Below, piece by piece: positions 1 to 8,954 of a stretch of 32,000 nt of DNA. Under the pieces are notes generated by a model. The model did no database searches, was not told the origin of the DNA, and saw only the letters and a list, made by a program, of their open reading frames with translations. A program made the position numbers and the translations under genes. Source of the stretch: Aciduliprofundum boonei T469 (GTDB taxonomy: Archaea; Thermoplasmatota; Thermoplasmata; Thermoplasmatales; Aciduliprofundaceae); the NCBI RefSeq assembly GCF_000025665.1, contig NC_013926.1, forward strand, positions 1,380,001 to 1,412,000, read 5' to 3'. Numbering within the stretch: the first letter of the stretch is position 1; every line of letters begins with the position of its first letter.

Positions 1-1
1 A

Positions 2-1426
2 ATTGCAATATTCCAGCTATTCTATCCTTTCGAATTTTCCCTATTTCTCGCATTTTCGTCAGCAACATTTCTCAGAACTTTGGTTTATTATGTATTTATG
101 AGAAGAAAGCCCGGGCTGGCCATTTTAACCTCCTTGAACTACAATATAATCTATGCAATTATGCTTCCATTTGTTGGTAAAAATTATATACTCCCATTTA
201 TAGTATCAACTACCATCTACACTGTGATAGCACTTCTAATTTTGAAAATCTCAACAGTTCAGTTTATTAAGGAATTTGGAGAAGACCCTCTATGGTTTAT
301 ATCCTCATTTGTAAATTATCTTTCAAATGAGACAAAAGAAAATGTACATCATATTAACAGATTCTTTGAAAGTATATATGATAAAAGAAAAGCACCCGTA
401 TCAACCTTAATTTTCTGGAAAGGTGAAAAACCAAAAGCTATATTTGTATTTCCATACATTCATCCAGGTCCATTTGGAAATGTGGGAGGAAGCAATTTAA
501 CAAAAAAACTGAGAGATTTTACAGGGATGAGCAACTTGCTCGTATTTCACACAACAACCACTCATGATAATAATGTGGCAAATGATAAAGATGTTAAAAA
601 AATTGCAGAGGTAATAAAGAGATCCCTGAATTCTCAGAAGAAGTACGAAAAAATGAGTGATATTTATAGATTTAAAATCGATGGATTCGAAGTTCTAACT
701 CAAATATTCGGAAAATATGCATTTATATCTCTTCTACCTACAAACAATATTTTTGATGATGTTGATCTTGAAAGCGGCTTAATTTTAAGAAACAAGCTAT
801 CTAATATATACGAGGATTCTGCCATTGTGGATGCTCATAACAATTTTGACGAAGATGCTACCCCATTAAGTTTAAAAAACAAAGATATAAACAGAATTGT
901 AGAAAGAATGAAAAATATAAAAGCTGATGCCCCGATAAAGATGGGATATTCTCAGAGATTAATAAAAGGCGATAGTGTAGGTCCAGATGGGATTAAGGTT
1001 GCAGTGTTTGAATACAAAAACAAAAAAATGGGGTACATACTGGTTGACGGAAATAACATAAAAAAAGGATTTAGAGATAAGGTGAAGAGTTCAGTTAAGG
1101 AGCTTTTAGACGATGTTGAGATCTTCTCCACTGACAATCACATTGTGAACTACGACATTTTAGATTTGAATCCATTTGGGAGCAAAGATTCTTGGGAAGA
1201 TTTAATAAAAAACATAAGAGATGCAATTAAAGATGCCATAAACAACATAGAAGATGTGAAAGTTAGTATGCATACCGAAAATGTTGAATTTATAATGGCC
1301 AGAAGGGGACAGCTTAAAAGGATGAGTGATATAACAAAGGATGCCCTTAGAAGAGTTAAAATCTCGATACCTCTCTTAACATTGGGAGGCTTTTTTGGTG
1401 CGTTGTTATCATTTATCTATCTCTGA
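2..1426 (+). CDS. Archaeal multi-pass membrane protein, DUF2070-like; 5'-truncated by the window edge
   Basis: The reading frame has no stop between nt 2 and the listed TTG at 80, so the gene most likely starts upstream of the window. It has N-terminal hydrophobic helices and a soluble core with His/Asp-rich motifs (PYIHPGPFGNVGGSNL, HTTTTHDNN, VDAHNNFDE, STDNHIV). A C-terminal TM helix is present (LLTLGGFFGALLSFIYL). The family name is recalled from memory. Confidence 0.55.
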   Translation: MAIFQLFYPFEFSLFLAFSSATFLRTLVYYVFMRRKPGLAILTSLNYNIIYAIMLPFVGKNYILPFIVSTTIYTVIALLILKISTVQFIKEFGEDPLWFISSFVNYLSNETKENVHHINRFFESIYDKRKAPVSTLIFWKGEKPKAIFVFPYIHPGPFGNVGGSNLTKKLRDFTGMSNLLVFHTTTTHDNNVANDKDVKKIAEVIKRSLNSQKKYEKMSDIYRFKIDGFEVLTQIFGKYAFISLLPTNNIFDDVDLESGLILRNKLSNIYEDSAIVDAHNNFDEDATPLSLKNKDINRIVERMKNIKADAPIKMGYSQRLIKGDSVGPDGIKVAVFEYKNKKMGYILVDGNNIKKGFRDKVKSSVKELLDDVEIFSTDNHIVNYDILDLNPFGSKDSWEDLIKNIRDAIKDAINNIEDVKVSMHTENVEFIMARRGQLKRMSDITKDALRRVKISIPLLTLGGFFGALLSFIYL

Positions 1427-1442
1427 GAAAAATTTAAATTTT
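1427..1442 (+). promoter_or_regulatory. Candidate archaeal TATA box (AAAAATTTAAATTTTT) for the DUF72 gene
   Basis: An AT-rich TATA-like element sits immediately after the upstream stop codon. Its centre is about 29 nt upstream of the ATG at 1464, which would give a leaderless or near-leaderless mRNA. Confidence 0.35.
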
Positions 1443-1463
1443 TCAGTTTTTCTCTCTTTTATT

Positions 1464-2177
1464 ATGCTTCATGTAGGCACTTGCGGCTTTCCTGTTGCCC
1501 GAAAGAAATACTCACAGGAATTTAAGGTTGTGGAAATTCAAAAAACATTCTACACCCCAATTAAAGAAGAGACTGCAAAAAGATGGAGAGATGATATGCC
1601 CAGAGATTTTGAATTCACTATGAAAGCACCACAAACTATAACACATCCCACCAGTAGTCCCACATATAGAAGATATAAAGGAAAAAATGGAGATTTTGGA
1701 TTTTTCAAAAATAATGAAGATGTTATGAGTTCCTGGGAACAGGCGAGGAAGATAGGAAAGATTTTGAGAGCCAAGATAATCATATTCCAATCCCCCGCCA
1801 GTTTTAAAGAGGATAAAAACAATATAAAAAATATTTACAATTTTTTCAATAGCATAGAAAGAGATTTTATTTTCGGATGGGAGCCAAGGGGTAAATGGGG
1901 AGAGGCGAGCATCAAGAAAATATGTAGTGATCTAAATTTGATCCATATAGTTGACCCATTTAAAAATAAAAAACTCTGGGGAGATTTTGGATACTATCGG
2001 TTGCACGGTATTGGAGGATACAAATACATATACTCACACTCGGATTTGGAATTTTTAATTAAGATAGTTAAAAATGGTGATTATGTTATGTTCAACAATA
2101 CCAATATGTGGGAAGATGCAAAAAAATTCAAACTTCTACTTTCAGAAAAGCAGCTTCATAATGTGCATTATCAATAG
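1464..2177 (+). CDS. DUF72 (UPF0759, YecE-like) family protein
   Basis: The N-terminus MLHVGTCGFPV...FKVVEIQKTFYTPIKEETAKRWRDDMPRDFEFTMKAPQTITH matches the DUF72 pattern (GTsGW...vEin.tFY...W...tp.dF.F.vK....iTH). I prefer the ATG at 1464 over the listed start at 1395, which would overlap the upstream gene and add a non-conserved leader. Confidence 0.8.
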   Translation: MLHVGTCGFPVARKKYSQEFKVVEIQKTFYTPIKEETAKRWRDDMPRDFEFTMKAPQTITHPTSSPTYRRYKGKNGDFGFFKNNEDVMSSWEQARKIGKILRAKIIIFQSPASFKEDKNNIKNIYNFFNSIERDFIFGWEPRGKWGEASIKKICSDLNLIHIVDPFKNKKLWGDFGYYRLHGIGGYKYIYSHSDLEFLIKIVKNGDYVMFNNTNMWEDAKKFKLLLSEKQLHNVHYQ

Positions 2178-3780
2178 CCAATATTACCGTACTTCCTCCA
2201 ACGACAAAATGTAAAATTGCACTGCTATTTTCATCTATAACTATAGAATTATCCTTCACAGACACCGTGGAAGAAACTACGGCAAAATACTCGTTATTCA
2301 AACTCATGAACTTTACGACTCGGGGCATTCCGCTATTCTCTATAGTTACATTGAAAGAATATTTATTGATCTCATCTGGAACGAACTTCAAAGTGTTGCT
2401 CTCATTTAAGCAAAGTACATCCATATCCACTTCTTTACCATATCCAGTCTTTGTTATCAGGGAAACTTTCAACTGAAAATTGCCCTTTTCTTTCATACCT
2501 ATGGTCACATTTGCACTCCAGTTCCCACCTGGCTCTACCAAAAAGTTAAATTCCATCTTAGATATATTGAAATCTCCATTTATTAGAACAGTTGTGTTCT
2601 CCTTCATCTCACCTTTATTTTGAACAAATATGTGAAGAGTGGTATACTCACTTAAATTCTCAACCAATATACTAGAATCTAAGGATGCAGATAATTCCAT
2701 ATTCTCATGGAGAGTTACCATTTGCATAGGTATGGGCACAAATGTTACTGCCAACAAAAGAAATCCTGAAATGGCAAGAGCCCATCTTTTCTTATCCAAC
2801 TTGGTTATATCATTCAACGGTGGAGGATGATTCAAGCCCAAGAAAACAACCAAAATTGCAAATATAATCCAACCAGGATACCAAAATCCAAGAATGAATA
2901 GAATACCTGCAAACGCATAGCTCACATACTTAGTTTTATCACCTGCAATAGCTCTGGCGACATGCCCACCATCCAGTTGTCCTATAGGAAAGAGATTAAT
3001 TGCCGTAACTACAAATCCGACCCATCCAGCCATGGCCATAGGATGTATGAATTCGGGAGAAGGTATGAATAGAGATAAGAACTCATAGATAATCGGCACA
3101 TTTAGAAGTATATACTGATTTGTGGATTCAGGGTTTATTGCAGGTGGATTTAGGCCTCCCAGATACATTCCTAGAAGAGTTACTGGTATTGCTACTATAA
3201 ATCCTGCAATAGGTCCAGCAAGGCCTATATCTACCAACGACCTCTTATCTGGTATCGGCTCTCTTATAGATATAAAAGCGCCCAAAGTACCGAGAATAGT
3301 AGGGGCAGGTATGAAAAACGGTAAAGACACAGATACATTATGTTTTTTAGCAGCAAAGTAATGGCCCATCTCGTGCACGCCAAGAATTGTCATTAATGGC
3401 AATGCAAAATAGAGAAAGCCACCAAGAACATTCTGCCACAATCCATGAGAACCGTAATAAGTAGTGTAATACCCAATCCCGACCCAAATAGTTGAGGCAA
3501 GGGTAGCAATTAATAATGCAATGTTAACCCATACACTCATAAACTTTCTGCGAGGAGGGCGAATCACAACAAGCACATACTCTCCACCCTCTCTCCTCAC
3601 TATTGGAATTACACCTCTTTTCTTAAACTCCAATCTTAAAGATTCGAAATTTTTTCCAAAGAGCTCCTCATCTCCAAGAGTGAAATAGAATTCCAAATGA
3701 TCAGGTGTGATTCTAAAATCGTAAACATTCAGATATTTTCGCACCAGGTAATTTATCTCCTCTATTTCAGGATTGATCAT
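2128..3780 (-). CDS. Site-2 protease family zinc metalloprotease (peptidase M50) with a C-terminal beta-rich ectodomain
   Basis: HExxH is present (HEMGHYFAAKKH), as is the second S2P motif NLFPIGQLDGGH, within a multi-TM core. The last ~190 aa are non-membrane, beta-rich and rich in N-x-S/T sequons. The ATG overlaps the alaS stop codon (ATGA at 3777-3780). Confidence 0.85.
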   Translation of the reverse strand: MINPEIEEINYLVRKYLNVYDFRITPDHLEFYFTLGDEELFGKNFESLRLEFKKRGVIPIVRREGGEYVLVVIRPPRRKFMSVWVNIALLIATLASTIWVGIGYYTTYYGSHGLWQNVLGGFLYFALPLMTILGVHEMGHYFAAKKHNVSVSLPFFIPAPTILGTLGAFISIREPIPDKRSLVDIGLAGPIAGFIVAIPVTLLGMYLGGLNPPAINPESTNQYILLNVPIIYEFLSLFIPSPEFIHPMAMAGWVGFVVTAINLFPIGQLDGGHVARAIAGDKTKYVSYAFAGILFILGFWYPGWIIFAILVVFLGLNHPPPLNDITKLDKKRWALAISGFLLLAVTFVPIPMQMVTLHENMELSASLDSSILVENLSEYTTLHIFVQNKGEMKENTTVLINGDFNISKMEFNFLVEPGGNWSANVTIGMKEKGNFQLKVSLITKTGYGKEVDMDVLCLNESNTLKFVPDEINKYSFNVTIENSGMPRVVKFMSLNNEYFAVVSSTVSVKDNSIVIDENSSAILHFVVGGSTVILAIDNAHYEAAFLKVEV

Positions 3781-6425
3781 GCTAACCCCAGCAATTTCCT
3801 AGCGGTATTTAATGCTTCCTCAATCCTATCTTTATTCCCTTTTCCCTGCGCAAAACTCTCTTTACCTCCAGCTTTTCCATGCATAACTCTTGCAATTTCC
3901 AATGCAATTCTCTTTGCCTCTAGACCAAAAGCCACAAAACTTCCATCTTCCCCTATAAGTACTCCCCTTTCAACACTAGACATAAGTTCTCTAGCAAGAA
4001 TAGAGAGAGCTTTCATATCCAAGGGCAACATTTCTGCAACAGCTTTTTGTGATGCTAGTTCCTTTTTTATGCTTTCCATCCGAGATCTTTTGAGTTTCTC
4101 TATTATCTTCCTCTGCTCTTTCCATTCATCGAAAAATCTTTTAGCTGCCAAAGGCAATTTCTCAGGTTGCACACCAAGCACACTGGCACTGTTATTGAGG
4201 ATATCTTCTCGTTCTTGAGTGTATTCTAAAGCACTTAATCCGGATGTATAAATTATCCTACTCACTCCATCTTGAATCCTCTCCGTACGAAGAATTTTTA
4301 AAAATCCAATCTCGCCAGTGTTGTTCACATGCGTACCCCCGCATGCCTCCACATCGAAATCTCCAATACGCACAACCCTTATCTCTTTCCCCGGCGGGAT
4401 ACCTCCTTCGTAGAGTACAAATCCATGCTTTTTCTCAGCCTCCGTCCTATTCATAAATTTGGCATCCACAGGTACACAGGAGGTTATTATACGCATACCC
4501 TCTTCCTCAATTCTCTTTATCTCCTCTCTACCTATTGGCTTATAATGAGCTATGTCAAATCTGCATTCTTTTACATCCTTCTGAGTGCCATGCTGCCATA
4601 CATGCTTCCCAAGAACCCTACGACATGCAGCTAAAAGTACATGTTCAGCTGTGTGATTTCTCATTAGCCTTTCTCTTCTTTCCCAATCAAGTATTCCCTT
4701 AATTTTGCATCCTTTTTCAATATGCCCATCTTTCAGAAAATGAACCACCACATCTCCAAATTTCTGAACATCTACAACCTCGTATTCTCTCCCATCGCAT
4801 ATTATCTTTCCCCTGTCTGCTGGTTGACCTCCACCTTCTGGATAAAATGCCGTTGCATCTAATACAACTTCCCTGCCATTAGAATATACAACATTCGCTT
4901 CAAATTCTCTCAAATATGGATTCTCATAATACAATTTCCTTGTTGGAGGCAGATTATATTGCTTTTTCTCTTTCTTCTTTTTTCTTGCCACACTTTCATG
5001 TCTCTTTGCTACCAATCCATGGAAGTTATCTGGAATATCCACTCTAATTCCCATACTCTCAGCAACATTTGCAACAATCTCTGGAAGAAGTCCATGGGAA
5101 TCGTAAAACAAAATAAGGTCATCGGTAGTTATTTTTCCATTTTTCTTTATATGCCTCTTAACAATATCCATACCCTTGCTTAGCGTTTTTCTGTACCTCT
5201 CCTCTTCAATCTCAAGTTCTTCGAGTACTATTGAAAGCATAGAAGAATCCATTATATCTGAAAAACGCTCAATATGCATTTTCACAAGCTCACCTATCAT
5301 TACAGGATTTTTCAGATCGTCTAAAAGCTTCAAAGTTCTCCTTATCAGCAATCTTGCAAGATAGCCAGCTTGAACATTAGAAGGTACAATGCCATCGGTG
5401 AGCATAAAAGCTAAGCTTCTTGTGTAATCCACAACTGCATAGATTTTCTGTAGAGGCAAAATAAATTCTTTGTACTCTTTCATACTCGCCCTCGTAGCCT
5501 TCAGAACTTCATTTATGAGCTCGTTTTCGTTCTCAATCTCAATGCGTGGGGACAACAATGCAAATTGCCTTAAAATCTCATTTTTTCTATCATTTCTTGA
5601 GATTCCAATTCTATCTTCGAGCATGCTTATCATTTCTGGATATATGGCATCGTAAATCGTAGGGGTACCTTTGGAGGCCCATACGAATCTCTCCAAGCCG
5701 TATCCAGTATCCACAACTTTCACTGGCATCTCCGAATAGCGAGTACCATTCAACTCTATATCTCCATTATCATCCTCTTTCAGGTTCATAAATACAAGCG
5801 TGGCTAGCTCCAATCCACCGTATATGACCTCAAAACTCGCCCCAGCATTGCCCCCACCTATCCATGGCTTTTCCTTAAAAACCACATTATCTGGCTCTCC
5901 GCCCAATTCTTCGATAAGTTTCAACGCATACTCCACAGTTTCATCTTTCCAGTAAATAGGGTTATCGGGATAGTTAAAAGCATGATGAGCCATCATCTCA
6001 AAGCCCGTTAGATGCCTCCCTGTCTTGCCTACAGAATCCACATCCACCATCCTTATGCATGGCTGTGAAATTACGAGGGGATTTGCAGGAGGAGGTGCGA
6101 GACCTGAGGTTACATGAGGCTGAAAATCATAAATGGATGCATTTACAAGGAAGACATCATCTCTCCATCTGGCAACTACAGGATACCTCTTTATTTCCTC
6201 ATGCCCATTTCTTTTGAAAAATTCAATAAAGCTTCTGCGCATACTCTCCACTGTGAATTCTCTACTAAATATCGGCTCTTTTAAAAACTCATACTCTCCG
6301 CAGGGTGCCTCTGTGCATGTCTCTCTTGGCACCTTGCTCCAAAAATATACCCCACATTTTTTGCATTTATATCTCTTCCAGCCATTTTTATGAAAGAACT
6401 GCAAATTCAACTCTTTTTCAAGCAT
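3777..6425 (-). CDS. alaS: Alanine--tRNA ligase, archaeal type
   Basis: 882 aa. The N-terminus FFHKNGWKRYKCKKCGVYFWS with Zn-ribbon-like cysteines is typical of archaeal AlaRS. The editing domain HxxxH/CxxxH region is present (HTAEHVL ... CGGTHV), and the C-terminal DHHA1-like tail has GGKESFAQGKG. Confidence 0.97.
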   Translation of the reverse strand: MLEKELNLQFFHKNGWKRYKCKKCGVYFWSKVPRETCTEAPCGEYEFLKEPIFSREFTVESMRRSFIEFFKRNGHEEIKRYPVVARWRDDVFLVNASIYDFQPHVTSGLAPPPANPLVISQPCIRMVDVDSVGKTGRHLTGFEMMAHHAFNYPDNPIYWKDETVEYALKLIEELGGEPDNVVFKEKPWIGGGNAGASFEVIYGGLELATLVFMNLKEDDNGDIELNGTRYSEMPVKVVDTGYGLERFVWASKGTPTIYDAIYPEMISMLEDRIGISRNDRKNEILRQFALLSPRIEIENENELINEVLKATRASMKEYKEFILPLQKIYAVVDYTRSLAFMLTDGIVPSNVQAGYLARLLIRRTLKLLDDLKNPVMIGELVKMHIERFSDIMDSSMLSIVLEELEIEEERYRKTLSKGMDIVKRHIKKNGKITTDDLILFYDSHGLLPEIVANVAESMGIRVDIPDNFHGLVAKRHESVARKKKKEKKQYNLPPTRKLYYENPYLREFEANVVYSNGREVVLDATAFYPEGGGQPADRGKIICDGREYEVVDVQKFGDVVVHFLKDGHIEKGCKIKGILDWERRERLMRNHTAEHVLLAACRRVLGKHVWQHGTQKDVKECRFDIAHYKPIGREEIKRIEEEGMRIITSCVPVDAKFMNRTEAEKKHGFVLYEGGIPPGKEIRVVRIGDFDVEACGGTHVNNTGEIGFLKILRTERIQDGVSRIIYTSGLSALEYTQEREDILNNSASVLGVQPEKLPLAAKRFFDEWKEQRKIIEKLKRSRMESIKKELASQKAVAEMLPLDMKALSILARELMSSVERGVLIGEDGSFVAFGLEAKRIALEIARVMHGKAGGKESFAQGKGNKDRIEEALNTARKLLGLA

Positions 6426-6445
6426 AGATTTGGCTAATATCCCAA

Positions 6446-6460
6446 CATATTAAAATTTAT
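6446..6460 (-). promoter_or_regulatory. Candidate TATA box for alaS (minus-strand ATAAATTTTAATATG), overlapping the pyrC stop codon
   Basis: The element is centred about 25 nt upstream of the alaS ATG (6425). The 31-nt pyrC-alaS gap holds no Shine-Dalgarno sequence, which suggests a leaderless transcript. Confidence 0.35.
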
Positions 6461-7656
6461 TCCCCTCCAATTCTCACAAACTTGCCAGTTCTCTCACCCA
6501 CGAGCTCATAATTCTCCACAACGGTTTCTCCTCCCACAATGACTGTATGAGGAAATAGAGCATTAAAGCCCTCATATGGAGTCCAGCCACATTTGTAATG
6601 CAGATCCTTAGCCCTTATTTTTTTAATATCATTTAAATTAAATGCAATTAAATCTGCATCATAGCCCTCTTCGATTTTACCCTTTTTCACACCTACAAGC
6701 TCGGCAGGCCTTTGCATCAAAATCTCAACTGCCCTGCTCAAATGGAGTTTTCCAATTTTTACCATATACATGAATATTGGCACATAGGTTTCCACCTCAG
6801 GTATTCCGGCAGGTGCTGCGAAGAACTCTTGCTCTTTTTCCTCTATTGTGTGAGGAGCATGGTCACTGGCAACTATATCTATCCTTCCATTTATCAGTTC
6901 TTCCCACAGTTTTTCAGCCATCCACTTCGCTCTTAATGGAGGATTTACCTTTCCGTAGGTACCAAGAGGCATATCTCTATGCAAGAAAAGATGATGCGGA
7001 GTTACTTCATATGTAAATCTACCAGCTTTGCAAAGATCAATGGTGTCTATGGAAGATACATGTGCGATGTGGTAATTACCTTTGCCCAACAACATTTTAA
7101 CTGCTTTAACCTCACAACTTTCTGGCCGAGCCAAATCGTGGTCCCTTAAATTTTTGCTCTCCCTTCTTATGCACTCGCTCAATTCTGCATGCACCGAGAT
7201 AAATGCATTTTCCACACTTTTAATCTCTCCCCCTTCCACATTAGTTGTCTCTCCCATATACAGCTTAAATGCAGGATTCACCTCCTTAAGGATCTCTGCA
7301 TTATTCCCGAGCATAAAATAAAGGGAGAAATCGACATTTGCCTTAGGCGCTACCCTTCTTAACTTATCTTGAAATGATGATATATCCTTTACAGGAGGAT
7401 TAGTGTTTGGCATATCCATAATAAAGGTTACTCCTCCAAAAGCCGCGCTTAATGTGCCTGTATAAAAATCTTCCTTCTCCTCATATCCCGGCTCACGGAA
7501 ATGAACATGCAAGTCAATAGCTCCCGGAAGAATTAGCCCTTTTATTTCCTTAGTCCCAATCATACTTTTTTTTATTCTCTTTATTTTACCATCCTCTATC
7601 TCAATTGCCCCTTCGACTATATCGCCCTTGTAATAGAATTTACCTTCTATTCTCAA
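6457..7656 (-). CDS. pyrC: Dihydroorotase (cyclic amidohydrolase family)
   Basis: Metal-binding motifs are present: DLHVHFREPG, KLYMGETT, HAE, HIAHVSS, VTPHHLFL and ASDHAPH. Length is 399 aa. Confidence 0.85.
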   Translation of the reverse strand: MRIEGKFYYKGDIVEGAIEIEDGKIKRIKKSMIGTKEIKGLILPGAIDLHVHFREPGYEEKEDFYTGTLSAAFGGVTFIMDMPNTNPPVKDISSFQDKLRRVAPKANVDFSLYFMLGNNAEILKEVNPAFKLYMGETTNVEGGEIKSVENAFISVHAELSECIRRESKNLRDHDLARPESCEVKAVKMLLGKGNYHIAHVSSIDTIDLCKAGRFTYEVTPHHLFLHRDMPLGTYGKVNPPLRAKWMAEKLWEELINGRIDIVASDHAPHTIEEKEQEFFAAPAGIPEVETYVPIFMYMVKIGKLHLSRAVEILMQRPAELVGVKKGKIEEGYDADLIAFNLNDIKKIRAKDLHYKCGWTPYEGFNALFPHTVIVGGETVVENYELVGERTGKFVRIGGE

Positions 7657-8251
7657 TTTTCTTCCTCCTTACATTGCCCCTGGGCTTTTCCTCTTCAAAT
7701 ATTTCGGCGGAGAACGCATAAATTCTAACATTTTCGTCAAGCCAGCAATCCATTGGTAATCCAGCTTTCCAACAAGTTTGAGATAAAAATTCTTCCACAT
7801 TCCATCCCCATTCCACTGGCACCTGAGGCAATAGGAGACCCTTGTAGAAGCCCCTTTCAACTATTAAGCCATGCACTCCTATCTTTATAATATTCAACAA
7901 CTCTTTCTTCTTTTTCACTTTTAACTCTTCCGGAGGGGTTAGCAAGGACACTTCAAACACAACATTATCAATCTCTCTCTTTTGCAGAGGTGGAAAACGG
8001 GGGTCTTGAAACGCTGCAGCCAAGGCAGATTCTACCAAGGCCTTTTTCAAAGGATATACTGGCTCTGGATATCCTATGCATCCCCTCAGATCATGCTCTG
8101 GATATGTGGAAATTGTCGTAAAAACCCCACTTTTTTCTTCAAAACTCTTTGGAAACTCTATAGGTGGTACTTTTTTCCCATCTAAATAATCCTCCACCAC
8201 TTTTCTCGCAGTCTTAACGGCGAATATACCTTCCTCATCACTATATCTCAT
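7640..8251 (-). CDS. AMMECR1 domain protein
   Basis: The conserved AMMECR1 core is present (GVFTTISTYPEHDLRGCIGYPEPVYPL ... AAFQDPRFPPL ... VEVSLLTPPE ... HGLIVERGFYKGLLLPQV). I prefer the ATG at 8251 (MRYSDEEG...). The listed longer start at 8311 would overlap queE by 59 nt. Confidence 0.85.
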   Translation of the reverse strand: MRYSDEEGIFAVKTARKVVEDYLDGKKVPPIEFPKSFEEKSGVFTTISTYPEHDLRGCIGYPEPVYPLKKALVESALAAAFQDPRFPPLQKREIDNVVFEVSLLTPPEELKVKKKKELLNIIKIGVHGLIVERGFYKGLLLPQVPVEWGWNVEEFLSQTCWKAGLPMDCWLDENVRIYAFSAEIFEEEKPRGNVRRKKIENRR

Positions 8252-8252
8252 C

Positions 8253-8882
8253 TCACACACCCCTTTTGTTTCCCCATATAATTTTATGCAGTTGAGGCAA
8301 CACACGTACATTTAACTTCTCTTCAACAACCTTCTCAGCCAACCATTTCAGATTTGTACTTCCAACCGGTTGAAATATTATTTCTTTATCAATTTCATAC
8401 TTCTCAATTATCTTCTTTGCGTATTCAAAATCATTCTCATCCATTATCACAAATTTCACAAAATCTTTAGGTCCGAGATAATTTAAATTTTCAAAGCGCA
8501 TTGCCCTTTCCATCTTTGATGACGGGGTTTTTATATCTAGAGAGATAACAAGATTTTCTTCAGTGGGCAATTTGTCTATTAAAATGGAACCATTTGTCTC
8601 CACTAAGATTTTATAATCTTTACGCAAGAGAATGTCAATTAACTTATAAACCTCCTCTTGAAGCAATGGCTCTCCGCCAGTAATGCAGACCCACTTCATT
8701 CCACTCTCTTCAACCTTTTTGATTATAGAATCTATGCTCATTTCTTCTCCCTCGTAAAATGCGTACTCTGTATCGCACCATTCGCATCTCAAATTACATC
8801 CTGTGAGGCGAACAAAGAACATGGGCACTCCTATGTATATGCCCTCTCCTTGTATTGATGTAAACATCTCATTAACTTTCAT
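8253..8882 (-). CDS. queE: 7-carboxy-7-deazaguanine synthase (radical SAM), archaeosine/queuosine precursor pathway
   Basis: The N-terminus EMFTSIQGEGIYIGVPMFFVRLTGCNLRCEWCDTEYAF is the QueE hallmark, including the CxxxCxxC cluster. Length is 209 aa. Confidence 0.9.
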   Translation of the reverse strand: MKVNEMFTSIQGEGIYIGVPMFFVRLTGCNLRCEWCDTEYAFYEGEEMSIDSIIKKVEESGMKWVCITGGEPLLQEEVYKLIDILLRKDYKILVETNGSILIDKLPTEENLVISLDIKTPSSKMERAMRFENLNYLGPKDFVKFVIMDENDFEYAKKIIEKYEIDKEIIFQPVGSTNLKWLAEKVVEEKLNVRVLPQLHKIIWGNKRGV

Positions 8883-8925
8883 CTCTATGCAATATTATCA
8901 ATTGCTTAAAGTTTTTTCCATATCC

Positions 8926-8937
8926 ATTAAATATTCA
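8926..8937 (+). promoter_or_regulatory. Candidate TATA box (CATTAAATATTC) for the 8955-11300 cassette
   Basis: This is the only TATA-like element at the right distance in the 72-nt divergent gap. Its centre is about 24 nt upstream of the GTG at 8955. Confidence 0.3.
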
Positions 8938-8954
8938 AATTTCATTAAAGGTAT

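Noticed and set aside
1395-1463. Listed upstream extensions of ORF starts: 1395 for DUF72, 8311 for AMMECR1, 18277 for the protease, 24906 for the small subunit, 26191 for the large subunit and 27353 for citrate synthase
   Set aside because: The extensions add non-conserved residues, overlap upstream genes, and ignore better-placed ATG/TTG codons with SD sites or conserved N-termini. I shortened the calls and left the alternatives noted in the evidence.
3697-4218. A 173-aa plus-strand ORF, plus further plus-strand ORFs at 4244-4634, 4959-5655 and 6133-6393, all antisense to alaS
   Set aside because: They lie entirely inside the strongly conserved AlaRS coding region on the opposite strand. 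Their translations are low-complexity and S/L/F-rich with no recognisable motifs, which is typical of shadow ORFs in AT-rich DNA.
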